In this document: piece by piece, positions 50,001-63,210 of the stretch
Numbering within the stretch: the stretch's first letter is position 1
Layout of the letters: each line of letters begins with the position of its first letter
From: Takakia lepidozioides
Lineage: Eukaryota; Plantae; Bryophyta
Direction of reading: 5' to 3'
NCBI GenBank assembly: GCA_030704615.1
Contig: CM060732.1
Location: forward strand, 47,988,001-48,052,000
DNA: 64,000 nucleotides
Notes under the pieces: model-generated
The model's database searches: none
What the model saw: the letters and a program-made list of their open reading frames with translations, nothing else
What the model was told of the DNA's origin: nothing
Translations under genes and position numbers: made by a program

Positions 50001-53000
50001 AAGAGACTCTGAGAGCAAAGTAAGAAGGCTGAGGTCCTGCCTAATCCGGTTGGTGAGGTCTGTAGCAACCAACCACCGAATTTGTGAAAGGAACTTCAAT
50101 GGGTGAATGCATTGGACTTATTACACTAAGAAGACGTCGGTCATACTCATAAAAGTTCTTTCTTCCCCCACACTTTGAATCTCACACTCACTCACTACGA
50201 AGTTCTTTTTGGCGTTTTTCCCAATAAGATATAGTGGAAAGCCAACATAGTGCCCTTCAAAATTCGGAGCTAGAGCAACCTTCTAGGCATTGCAGAGTTC
50301 GCTTGTAGCATTCTGTCGCAGCTTCCATGTTCCTGCTATTCAACTGTGCCAAACTTGTCAATGTTCGCAAGAGTAGAAGTTTTTATGTATAACATATGAA
50401 TTGTTCCATTATTCTCCTCTAAAGAACCAAGAAGACTTAAAAAGACATGCCTATATAGTCAGAGTGTCAGCTAGCTGATACAGAATCATGTAGTAGAAGA
50501 CTACCAGAATTGGCATAGAACATTGCCCAAGTGCTAACGTATACTTACTGATATAAGCTCAGGGGTGGGATGGATGGTTTTTGCTTGTAACCTGTAAACA
50601 GTGCATAAGAGATTCTTTACAAAATTCATGACGATATATGTTTCGCAGCACTACCATAGGTGTGCATGATGCAAAGGGTGACTACAAAGCATGCCCAATT
50701 GCAGAGCACTCGCCCATATACATCACAGTACTAAGCAATCCAGCAGACCTTCAAAGTTCAAAGAAAGGACACAAAACCCTTTCTTCAAAATCTTCTTCGA
50801 ATAATGTCTTGCAATAAGACTATTGCCTAATTTAAACCTCAGAGCCTGGAAGAAGACATGATGACACCAACTGCCATCAAATGGCATGGTTTGACTAATC
50901 TGAACTTATGCCTCGCAGTCTCTCTCTCAACTTCTATTTAATCTTTTCTCATCCTCTCAGCTGCTAGTCTTTTACTTGTGCAGCTCCATATATAGTCTTC
51001 TAAGACACACCATGTAGCCTCATCAGGCATGCGTGCTCGCATGCTTTGTCCCTCCATTCCTAACACGTTCGCATGCAAGACTGGCTCACCAGGTTTGCTA
51101 ATCTCGAACTAAGAAAAAGAGCTGTTGTTTAAGACGTAACGAAAGGTCAAAGAACAAACTAAGAATTCGCAACCTCCAATTCTTCCCTTCCTGTAGGGCC
51201 ATGAAGGCAATTAACTGGTGCAAACCTAGACGAAGTACCAGCTAATCAGCTTATTAGACAGGTAGTTTAGCAATGATACATCTGTTCGCTTACTGATGAG
51301 GTCACAGCCTCACCATGTCATATTAGCGAAATTGTTCTACAAGAACAAGGCAGCCAACCTGAATGAAAGTTGAGGGTAAAACAATTTGTTGCAGATCCTT
51401 TGTTGGGATACTGATGTTGAATCCACGCTTGATGTTGAAAGGTAACTTCAAGTTTGGAAGATCCAGTTCTTCTCGATATTTTCTGCCAAGGTTGTGTATT
51501 GCTGCAATTCGATAGCTACCGGTGAATGTCAATCAATCTGATCTTTATGTCAGCTAAAAGAGGAGATAGGAACGTGAATTTGTACGCAATTTTCATGAAA
51601 GTACCATCCACGACTTAGAGGAGAAGGCTTGTACCTTCACTTGTGACACAAAAGATATTCCTTGCAACGTCAAGACATCCATCAATGCCAGATTTGATTG
51701 CAAAGCATTGTTGTGTTCGTGCTACAAAGAGTGCTCTTGAATTTGTAACATCCTTGTCAATCACCTCCATAATCCTGTGTAACAGATTTCTCCTCAATTG
51801 TGAACATGGTATGATCTAACTTGGAAGCAGTTGCACATAGAAACTTCAAGCAATATCTGGAGAAAGAGATGGAACAGAATTTTGTCCTACTGACGAAATG
51901 AATCTTATTTCCAGGCTAAGACATGCACCAAACTATTGGAGGCATATTTCAAGTATGAACAGCTGAAGAAGCTCCACAGTGAGTTTTTCCAAAAGTTAGA
52001 TGCAGCTCTCAACCTTCTTAGTAGCACATCATAATCTGGATGCATGCAGACTGTGACTTTGATGTTGCGCAGTAGAGGACATTTAACATCTTGAAGCACC
52101 TGAAAAATACAGTATGCAAAGATATACGGTACTGAGAGTGGTCCCAACAATTGGATGACATTGGTGTGCCACAGTACACACATGTGAATAAGATTCTGTT
52201 TCAATACTGGACAAGGCAAGAAACAGGTATAGACGTATAGACAAGTTTAGAAACACATGTCAACACCATCGAGTAGGGTTACCTCTGAAAGATGTGGCAA
52301 ATTTTCCAGGGCTTCTTTCAGAAGAATGATGCCAGACACTAAAGTTTGGCTCCTCCTCGTACAGGCAGCACCCAGGGGATCATCGGTTATCTTCTTTTCT
52401 CTGTAGCAGAAGTGACACAGGACTCGGTCTGGTACAGAATGCAGAAAATGTGTGTATGTTAGCAGTGAACAAGTTTTAATTACCACATGAATCAAGCTGC
52501 AATCTTATGTTTCAAGTTCCTCTGCATCAATCAAACCTTGAGACTAGGATAATCAGAAACGAACAGAATAATTCAAATGGCTGCTTGCGCTCGGTACATC
52601 CTGCATTGTGTATTTAATAGAACAAGGAATCATATACCAATATCCTTTGGAAACTTTTGGAAAGCTTGCACAAGTCCAGAAAACAGTTTTTCATCACTGG
52701 TCAGCTCATCCTGTTGTTAAGATCACATCAAAATAGCCAAGAGAAATGATTAGAACTCGCAAAACGCCTTCACTAGTCCACAATCTTAGCATAGCAGTTT
52801 CAGCTTGTAAAAACTGTAGGCTGGTAGCAAGCTGCATTTAAAAAAATTATATTCTGTCTCCATTACACTGTGCATCCTGAATGGGCAGAGGAATGACCAG
52901 ACAATCAAGACGAGTGTTGATAGTTTCCATGTCCTTTAGTGGCTGAAGTAGATTAGCCCTGAGAAGATGCATTCTGGCCAATACCACGTAACGAGTCAGA

Positions 53001-55565
53001 TAAAATCACTACAACAAAGCGAAAGGCAAGCCACTGGTTGACATGAGATAACCAGAAAACAAAAAACATAAGTGTGAAAGTGGTGTAGGGGTGAACAGAT
53101 GTTTCTACCCTCCGACAGTCTTTGTGGTATTTAGCATTTGAAAGAGACTGCCTTGTTTGTTCCGTTGTTTTCCTGATGACAATGAAAGTGACTCAACCAC
53201 CTCCAAATTCTGCACACTATAAATCAAACAACGGCACGTACTAAAGTGAATCTTTGCTAACAGGAGATCAGCCAACTTAGCTCTAATTGGAGAGTAAATT
53301 GGAGACGAAGCCATTCATCTTTCTACTAGATACATAATAGGGGTGACTGTCCATAAGAGTCTCCACGAGGAGTTGTCAGGTGACGATCAAAAGCCACTTG
53401 TGGTATATGACATCAACCTTAGAGATTTCATGCAGCAGCTCTTAGGATTAGAACGAACTATTGCATGCCTACCAGTTTTACATCTGTGCAGAGAGCCTTT
53501 CCAAAAAGCAATTAACTAAACCCTGCTCCAGCTTCTGCAGTCAACCAAAGAACACATGCGACAGAGCAAAACAAGTCATGTAATGTCGCAAAAGAAGAGT
53601 TTTCTACAAGTTTTCTCAGAGCACTTTTCTTATCACAGGAGACTTTGATTTCTCAACTGTAGTACCTTGTTCCATCAATATTCATGTGATCAGAAGATCC
53701 ATTAAAGGTGACCTGAACACACACAAAACATTTGCTCTACATTAAAAAGATCACCACAAAATCTCAGCTGTCAGTAAGCTATAGAGATTGTACTCATAAG
53801 ACGTTGTTTGCCGTAGCCTTGTGGCCAGTAAGCTATAGAGAGAGGAAACCAGACCAAGAGAAGTGAGTTAGATATCAAAGACCTTGGCATTACCACCTGG
53901 AACAAGGATGTTTCTCATGTCTTGGATATTTCATAACATACATATACAACATAGGCAGCATTGGACCTCATACAATATGATATTATGGACATAAAGGGAT
54001 AGGATTCAGTCTCTTATGTACCTGAAGTGAGTGATTTGTAAAGGTGAGCCCTTTCTCATTTTCCATCCTGTGGACTCACATGATACCAGCCTTCCAATTT
54101 TCATCTAAACTTCTCCAAATCTCCAGAATATACATTCCATTAACTTGTAACACATCTCTGATCCTGGACCCAAGTTTAAAAAGGGTTCACATGGCTACTG
54201 TTCTCCAAACGGTCGTCACTATACATGAGCTATACACTTTAGTTCCCCAAAGCTTAACTTGGCTGTTTTCCACAACAGATGACATGTTCACCGGAATCCT
54301 TGAATCATCACTTTCCCAAAGCTAATCCTCACCCAATGGTGAGGTCCTTGAAACAGATCTCACCATTTCAGTAAAGCTGCTGCTGCCCCAAGGCATAGAT
54401 AATATTGCTTGTAGGAGGTGTCCAAGCATGGAAAACTGGCTTCTTTAGCAGCCAAGCTCTGCAGCAGCAATGCCCCCTGCATACACATGTGGTAGTATAT
54501 CAATTAGTATCATTGCAAGACCTGAACTAAAAACAAAAAATAATAATATGTGGCAGTTCTTGGACTGCTACAGATAAAGAAGAGCTCTTTGACATGGTGC
54601 AAGAGGCAATGCACGAACAGGATAGGATAGGACAGTATGAAACTCTCCCCCAGGAGACAATTCAACACCATTGCAGCAAATAATACAGTCTTTTGGTTTG
54701 CCTACAGGTTCCTGGCTTGTCAACCTTGCATTATTGCTTACCGCTCCTTGATGAGAGACACAATTATCAAGGTGAAAAATCCAGTAGAGGTGTGCACAAA
54801 AGCGGGCAAACTTGTCAAAATAAAACACTAAAGGCATGTACAAATGAGGCTATTGACAAGACAAAAGTGTAAGAGAGGGCTCTCTACGGTAGAACATGTT
54901 TATGTTTCTCGAACGACAAATAAGACCAAATAAAAGTTGAAAATCTCTCATCTCTATATGTGGAGGGCGCTGAAGTACCCCGTACAGACAATTTTACATC
55001 AATGCTCAAAGATGAACCTCATTAGTACCTTTGTGTCATCAAACCAACCACGAGCCACGGTAATCTGCAACCAACGAAATGGTCATCCAACACTGGTATA
55101 ATAAAAATGGAACTTCAGGAAACGTTGAGAAGTGTCGAGATTGCATCAAAGCACCACAAGGATAGTGCAGATTCAAGTACCTTCGCCGCAGAAGTGAAGT
55201 GATCCACCAGAGAAGACACACCAATCATGCCCTCAGGAACCACGTTGTTAACTGATATGATAATGTCTGAAGGATCAAAATACTGTAAAAGAGTCACAGT
55301 AGCCTGATATGACCGGCTAGTCTCGATGAACTGGGACAGATGCAGCTTCGCACTTCTTAAATCTAAGGCAGCAATGCCTACCTGCACGCGGATGTAATGA
55401 CCGTCAACTGTGCTCAGCTTGGACTCCACTGATTTACATCACATCATGGCTACCTTTTCTCAAAGAATTGCACTTTGCTTGAAATAAGAGTCTCACCTCC
55501 TTCGCCCTGTTCTCAATAAGGGCAACTGTATACTGACCCCGGTGACTGCCTGCTGCTTCTCTCAT
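47054..55565 (-). CDS. MSH4: MutS homolog 4 (meiotic MutS-gamma), 24 coding exons; exon 14 (50549-50591) frameshifted as assembled
   Basis: Exons: 55565-55497, 55381-55181, 55064-55029, 54476-54364, 54067-54022, 53712-53666, 53216-53109, 52973-52898, 52710-52638, 52428-52283, 52099-52014, 51774-51635, 51501-51359, 50591-50549, 50343-50280, 50059-49916, 49791-49721, 49491-49433, 49096-48940, 48560-48508, 48283-48185, 47898-47784, 47585-47463, 47218-47054; all GT-AG. Motifs [50 protein letters not shown]. Confidence 0.95.
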
Positions 55566-55795
55566 TTTTCGCTTCACCTGAGAACTAGTTACAAACTCGC
55601 AGGCATAAATCGGACGCTTGCGGACACAATTGGACTACAGGCACTCCATCGACTCTCCCTGCTTACACACACAGATTGTGCTTGCACAAAATTTGAAAGA
55701 GCTCCCTTTCGTAAAGGCAAGGACTACGCTCACCCAACGAGTTTTAGGCAAGCGTGTGAGAGGTTCTCATCTGGGAGCCTCTATTTATAGATTTT

Positions 55796-55995
55796 AGCGA
55801 CGACTGAAGGTCGGAAGCTAGTTTAGCGTAGAGCAGGAATAGGGTGCCATACTTGCCACGTTTTTGTCGCCACATCATCGTCGCCAAATTCTTTGGAATC
55901 TGCCCGGAATGCCCCGCCTGCCAATAGAAATCGCGGCGCCAACTTTTTTAACTGCCGCAATGCCCGGATCTTGATCTTCTTGAACTGCAGGAGCT
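55796..55995. mobile_element. E1 hairpin-terminated repeat, inverted relative to the copies at 1.6 and 6.2 kb
   Basis: TAGCGACGACTGAAGGTCGGAAGCTAGTTTAGCGTAGAGCAGGAATA.. matches the reverse complement of 1410-1623. Confidence 0.6.
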
Positions 55996-56384
55996 CTGCG
56001 TTTTCCGCCATCGTTCACCTTGCAAGCTGCAAGCTCTCAACGAATTGAGGAAATCCATGTTGAGCTGAAAAGATTGTCTTGGCAAATGAAGGATCAAGCA
56101 TAGAAATGTCTTAATGTGGCTTTCGACATTGGGTGAGCCAGTGAGGGTTGTAAAGTTCAAGAATTTGAGTGATACAGAAACAGAAAACAATTGGATGGTG
56201 AACGCTATGGAGAAGTGTAGCGGAGGGGATTTGTCATGGAGAGATATTTACTGAAGTTGAGGTCTTGTGGATAGAACTCACATTGAAGAGAGAAAACAAA
56301 AGTTGAAATTTGAACAAAACTATTTGACTCTGCTTCCAATGGCCTTCATTTCAGAGTTGGTTTGAAGTCAAATTTGACATAGGC

Positions 56385-57053
56385 TACAGGGGTGAGAGAT
56401 GGAGGCTTTGGAGACCTATGAGCAAATGATGGGGGAAGGGGTGAAGCCCGACCACATCACGTTTGTATGCGTTTGCAGTGCGTGTGCTAGAAAATGGCAA
56501 AGAGGTGCATGGTTGCATCGCCAAAACTGGAATTGTACCAGATGTGATCACTGATACTGAACCATACCCTCGTGGACATGTATGCCAAATGTAGGAGCAT
56601 TGAGAATGCGGAGGGAGTGTTCAACAATATCGTTGAACGAGATTTGGTGTCTTGGAACGCCATGCTTGCAGGATATGCACAGCAAGGGCGCGGGATAGAG
56701 GCCTTGGAGACCTATGAGCAAATGATGGGGGAAGGGGTGAAGTGCAACCACATCACATTTGTGTGCGTTGGCAATGTTTGTGCAAGCCTGGCAGCCCCGA
56801 AAAAGGGCAAAGAGGTGCATGGTGACATCATCAAAGCTGGAATTGTACCAAATGTCATTCTGGACACTGCCCTGGTGGACATGTATGCGAAATGTGGGTG
56901 CATGGAGGATGCAAAGGGAGTATTTGACAATGTGGCTGAACGAAATGTGGTGTCGTGGAATGCGACAATTTCAGGATATGCCCAGCCTATTTTGCCCTCT
57001 CATCAGACTCGGCCTTGAGATGCATACTGAATTGTCAAGGACAATGTGGTGAG
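56385..57053 (+). pseudogene. PLS-class PPR fragment (unit 3), interrupted by LTR element, resumes at 63939
   Basis: ORF 56572..57018 (DMYAKC..RDLVSWNAMLAGYAQQG..GKEVHG..RNVVSWN) ends in the 93-bp module peptide QPILPSHQTRP*. Confidence 0.88.
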
Positions 57054-60000
57054 TGTCGCGCACCTCACTTCGGTAAGCTCCCCCCTCAAGTCATAGTTAC
57101 TCGCTTTGATGCGCGCCTGACTCCCAACCTGGCCGCCGGGCCAACTTGGAGCTTCGGCTGCTCACCGGGGCAAAACGGTCCCCCTTTGTTCTCCCAAAGA
57201 ACCCTCCACCTATTTGGAACCAGCGGGAATTCCCTTTGGTAGTTGGCAGTCCGGAACAGCTCCCCACTCTTTGGTCGCTTTCCGGCTCGCTCGCTTACTC
57301 ACTAGTTTTTGGTCACCAACGGGCTTGCACCGTTCTCGGGGTTACTACTCCCTATATATACTTCTGTAGCTGTCCGCGGGGGTTTCACAACCAGCCATGC
57401 CATTTTATGGCGAACCACCACGAAAACCCTCGACTCCCGGCGATGAGTCTGTGTATGAAAAGGGAGTCAGTTATTGTTCGTGGATGGGATAATATCCGGA
57501 ACTAATGTGTCGTTGTTGGTGGACACAGGGGAGCGTCGCACTCCTCCATGACACCGACAACGGCACAAAAGCTGGGACTCCCGACAAGTGACGTGGGGGC
57601 CTCTATTGAGGTGCGTTCTGCCAAAGGAGAACCACAGTTGGCGACAAGATTGGCGTTTGATGTTCCTCTTCAACTGGGGAGTTGGGAGGGACGTGAGAAA
57701 ACTTCACCATCTGCGAGATCGATGGAGTGGATCTCATTTTGGGGATGACCTTTTTGAGCAAATCCGGAGTGGTCATAGATGGCCGCAAGAGAGTAGTCAC
57801 GCTGCCATGTGGGAATGGTGGCGAGGTCTTACGAGTGTCGGAAACGCCCAAATCCGTGGGAGGGAGAATAAACCTTCTGTCAGCAAGGGAGTGGGCCGTG
57901 GAGGAGGCACACGAACCCCAGTTTTTGCTTTACATTAGAGAAGTGAAGGGAGAAGGCGATGGGGAGCCGAGCCCAGATTGGATCAAGGGGATTTTGGAGA
58001 GAAATACCAGGATGTGATGCCGGAGGATTTACCAAGCGGCTTGCCACCGCGAAGAGGAGTTGACCACAAGATTGAGGTGATACCGGGAATGGAACCGCCT
58101 GCCAAGGCACCTACCGGGTTGAGCCACAGGGAGTTGGTCGAGCTGAAGACTCAGCTCAAGGATCTAATGTCAAAGGGGTACATCCGGCCGAGTAAGTCAC
58201 CTTACGGAGCCCCGGTGCTATTCGCAGACAAGAAGGATGGGACGCTGCGGATGTGTGTCGATTACAGGGCTCTGAATAAGGTGACTATCAAAAACGGTAC
58301 CCTTTGCCAAGGATCGACGACCTCTTCGATCGGTGGCAGGAGGAAGTATTTCAGCCGGATCAACTTGCGCTCCGGCTATCATCAAATTCGGGTGGCGGAA
58401 GGAGATGAGGAGAAGACCGCGCGCAGGACAAGGTATGGTTCATATGAGTTCTTGGTGATGCCTTTTGGGCTCACCAATGCACCAGCGACATTTAGCACGC
58501 TGATGAACAACCTTTTTCAGGAGGGTGGTTGGATGACTTTGTGATCGTGTACATCGACGACATCTTGGGTGTACTCGAAAACAAAGGAGGAGCACCTGGA
58601 GCACCTCAAAAGGGTGTTCCAAAAATTGCGAGAAGGGAAGCTGTATGCCCAAAGTTTCAAAGTGCGAATTGGGGTCACGAAAGTGGAGTTCTTGGGGCAT
58701 GTGATTACACAGGATGGGATCAAAATGGATGACAGAAAGGTGAGGGCGATCTTGGACTGGGAGCCTCCGACTTCGGTCCCGGGAGTGCGATCCTTCCTAG
58801 GACTCGCCTCCTATTACCGGAAGTATGTGAGAAATTTCGCCAAGATCGCGGGGGCCGCTGTCGGACCTTCTGTGTAAATCCAAAGTCTGGGTATGGAACA
58901 CCTTTTGTGGCCAAGCTTTTGCTGAATTGAAGCAGCGGATGGCGGAAGCTCCAGTCTTGAAAATCCCGGAGTTCGATCGTCCATTTGAGATTCATACAGA
59001 TGCGTCGGACTTCGCGATTGGGGGGTGTACTTATGCAAGATGGACGTCCAGTGGCTTACGAAAGTAAGAAACTGAATGAAGTGGAGCGACGGTGGCCGAC
59101 GCACGAAAAAGAGATGAAGGCGGGTGGTGCATTGCCTTGAGCCTTGGCGCCACTATGTTGGTTCCAACCCAGTGAAGGTGTTCACGGACAATGTCACAGT
59201 GAAGTATTTTGCCACGCAGCCCAAGTTGTCCCCAAAACAACTTAGGGTGGCAAGATACTTTGGCGTGTGTTCGACGTGGATATCCAGTACAAACCGGGAC
59301 GGGACAATGTGGTGGCCGATGCTTTAAGTAGAAAGCAGCAGCTCCTGTTGGTGTACAGGGGCGAGACGGCGCTCCAAAGGAAGATCCGGAAAGCTTGCCG
59401 GAAGGATGAGCTAGCGAAGTCCGTGATGCAGGACTTGAGGATGGGGGTTAAATCGCAGTTCCACTTGCAAAATGGACTGCTCCGGTATAAGCAAAAACGT
59501 ATCTACGTGCCAAAGGGAGGGATCAGATATAGCCTCTTGAGAGAATGCCATGATAGCCCGCTTGCGGGCCACGGCGGAGCCAAGCGCACTGCGGCACTCT
59601 TGAAGAAAGAGTATTTCTGGCCCAAACTGAGGGAGGAGGCAGAGGAGTATGTCAAGACATGCACCACATGCCAACAAAACCGGAGCGAGTACAAAAAGCA
59701 AAGGGGGCTGTTACAACCCTTGCCGATTCCAGAGGGGACTTGGGAAAGCGTCTCGATGGATTTCATGACTGCTATGCCGCTGTCAAAAGGATTCGACGCA
59801 ATCATGGTGGTGGTGGAATAGGTTCAGTAAAATGGGCCATTTCATCCCCACCAAGGAGAGGAGACGGCAACGGCGCAGGAGACAGGGCGACTTAATTTCG
59901 CCCACGTCTTAAAGCAACATGGAGTCCCGAAGGATATTGTCTCGGACCGCGATCCAAAGTTTACGAGTAAATTCAAGACGGCACTTTGGAAGAAGATGGG

Positions 60001-60644
60001 GACGAGGCTGAAGATGAGCACCGCCTTCCGACCTACGACCGACGGCCAAACAGAAAGAGTGAATTCCGTAGTGAAGCAGATCTTGCGGAATTACGTGTCG
60101 GCAGACCAAACAGACTGGGTGGAACACTTAGACGCGGCAGAGTTCTGTTATAATAACACAAAACACTCCGCAACTGGAGTTTCCCCTTTCGTATTGGTCT
60201 ATGGAAAAGCACCTCTGGTGCCGACAAGTTGGGCCGCCCAGGACGTTGAGGGACCGCAGTAGCGGCGTACTGGAAGAACGCGAGCGTTTGTTGAAGCTCG
60301 CAAAGTACAACATTGCCAAAGCTAGGAAACGATATGAAAGGCAGGCGAATCGGAAGCGGAGGGAAGTGAAGTTTGAGGCAGGCACGGAGGTCTGGTTGAA
60401 CATCAAGAATTTCCCACTACCTCCGGAAGTGAGCCCGAAGTTCGTGCCTCCGTATGCGGGACCCTTTTGCATTCAGAAGGTTATGAATGAGGATGTGTAT
60501 GAATTGGAGCTCCCGGCAAATAGCAAAGTGCACCCAGTATTCCATGTCTCCCTTTTGAAGCCTTACTTCAAAGACGAAGCACGTCCGAATCGGCATCAAG
60601 TGTTGCGTCCGCCACCTATGCTGTTGGATCATGAAAATGAACCT

Positions 60645-60800
60645 GAGTACGAGGTGGAGGCAATATTTAAGTCGAGGAGGTTCAAGAACCGAGAAACGGA
60701 GTATCTCGTCAAATGGAAGGGCTATCATCATGTGGAGGCATCTTGGGTGCGTGCCTCAGAAATGGGAAACGCGTCTGAGGCGGTTGCAGCTTTCGAAGGG
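60645..60800 (+). other. Integrase C-terminal chromodomain (aromatic-cage type)
   Basis: EYEVEAI..EYLVKWKGY....SWV after the GPF motif. Confidence 0.9.
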
Positions 60801-63196
60801 CGACCTCAAAAGCGGAAGAAGCGTTGATGGGGACATCAACCTTGGAGCGTGGGGGAGGAAATGCATGCTTAGCCGGTTTAGCTAGCTTAGGAATCTGATT
60901 GCAAAAACTTGTATTGTACAAAACGTGCTATAAATGAAATGGATTCCAAATGTTGTGTGTCCTATTTTGTTTGGAATGGAGATGCATGGTATGGTTGGCT
61001 AGTGTGTAGAATGCATGCTAGCTTATAAAAGTGGGAGAGGTAAATTGGGTTAATCGTGTGTTTGCGTAGTGCCGAAATCGGGTGACCCCCATCCAAGGGG
61101 CAAGGAAACTTGCGCCTTCTTTGGGAGTTCACATGCTAGTGCGCACCTGGCGCGTGCGCGTTACTATAACTGCGCTACCGAGGGGGTTGCCTTGTAGTAC
61201 GGGCTAACGCGGAAGCTACGTGCTTCCGTTCACGTACTATAATCGTGTAGCCTCGAGACGAAGTCGTAGTGCGGCTTCGACGTGTTCCCGTACCTCAGGC
61301 CAACATTCCAAGGCGGACCCAATTGCAGTGATTGGGGCGCACGGTTGGTTCAAGGTTATCTTCCTAGTCAAAGAGGGTTCCAGGTGAACCCTTGCTCAAG
61401 GTGATGCCAAAAGCGGCATCATGAGCGATCGCAAGCAATGTTGTTGCAGTAAGGCGATTCGATCCTCGGGGAGGATCGTTCCTTGGCCTTGAAGTAGGCC
61501 AAGAAGAGTGCACTGGGAGGAGCTGAAGAGGCTCCACCCTTGGCCGGGATTTGGAAGAAGTCGGCCGAACTAGCTAGTGGAGAGTAGAGTCAAGTGTGGG
61601 GTTTGGTTCTTTGCCATGGGACGCCATGGTACGGAAACAAACTCCTTGATGTGGGACGCCACAACTTGGATGTTCGTTTCTACAAAATAGACAAGTCGAT
61701 GAGGACATCGACTCCCTGTGGGTAGGGGTGTGTGTCGCGGCCCTTTGCCTTGAGGGTGAGGGGGGTCGGGACACATGAGGGGCTGCCCTTGTGGTGGGGG
61801 CACTGGCAGCAATAGGTATGGGGGGCTGAAGCACCCTTGAGTGCCCAAGGCACTCAAGGAGGCGAAGGCGCTCACTAGGTGGAGCCCCGCACACCAGGTT
61901 GCGGTGGGGGTGGCTCCACAAGGGGTGGTGGTAGCTTAGCGGGACTTAGTGGGGCCAGTTTCCTGATACAACTCACAAGAAAATTTGCCTACCTTGCAAG
62001 TCCTGGTGACCACCACTTCCACCAAGCGACTGATTGTATCTTCTCTTCCGACAGCTCCGTGGTCGCCCGAGTCATATTCAATTGTCGGGGCTTCGTGCAC
62101 TTCTTGGCCATGTGCCCGGGCTCCCCGCAATTGAAACACACTCCATCAAAGGTCGCCTTCTGTCCGCCATAAGCCGCTCCACCCGCTTTTCCTTTCGAAG
62201 CACCGGGTGCCGCCTTGACGTGTGAAGGCCCTCCCTTCGATTTCCACGTGCCATTGTCGCCGCGTGGCCTATCCCACTTCTTTTCCGGTCGGAAGGAGTC
62301 ACCTTCCCGCCGGGTCTTCTTGTGGTCAGCTCCGTACGGCCTTGTCTCTCACCCCTAGGGACATCCGAGAAACATTCAGCCCTCTCAATTGCCTCGTTCA
62401 AAGTCTTGGGTGGCTTCTCCTCCAACTTCCGTCTGGCCCATGGGGCCAGTCCCGCCACAAAGTTGAAGACCATTTCTGGTTCTGCCATGTCCGCGACTTC
62501 GAGCAACAGCACATTGAAAGCCTGGACATACCCCGAATGTCATCTGTTTGCTTCAAATTCCTCATCTTGTCCCGGGCAAGCCAGGACGCGTTGAGGGGCA
62601 CAAACTGTCTCTTCATCAATTCCTTGAACCCACTCCAGTTCAAGGTTTCCGGGCTTGGACCTCGGTCGTGAAGGCGTTTCTGCCACCATTGTTGAGCATA
62701 GCCCCTCAGATAGGTGGGAGCCACTTCCACCCGATCCTCGTCACTCAACTTGGCCGCCCGGAAGTACTGCTCTAGCTCCAGAGCCAGGTGTTGAGTGCCT
62801 TCCGATTTCGGACGCCCTCGAAGGTGCCGGGTTCCTTAGGCTTCACCTTAAACTTTGCCTTAGTGGAAGTGGCATTAGCCGCCTTCAACACGTCTTTCAA
62901 CGTCTCGCCAAACTGCGCCAACAACCCTTCCCAAAAGGCTGCCGGCATGGGAGGCATCTCTTGGTTTGTCGGAGCTCTCAAGGATTCCTCGGGCTCCGAC
63001 TCCTCGGATTCTCCCGCTCTTGAGCGGCCTCGTTTTCGGAAACATGCATCGCTTCCTCAAACGGCCGCCTCGGTGACACGTCGCCCCCCATCGGGCTCAC
63101 CGGGATCATCATCTTTTGGGCCGTTCCGCTTTCGCTTCGGCTTGCCCGACCCCATGATGAGGCCAATCCCAAGGACAATCGCGTACTGAACTCTAA

Positions 63197-63208
63197 GCTC
63201 TGATACCA
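63197..63208 (-). promoter_or_regulatory. Primer-binding site for tRNA-iMet (TGGTATCAGAGC)
   Basis: 2 nt inside the 5' LTR boundary at 63211. Confidence 0.92.
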
Positions 63209-63210
63209 AG

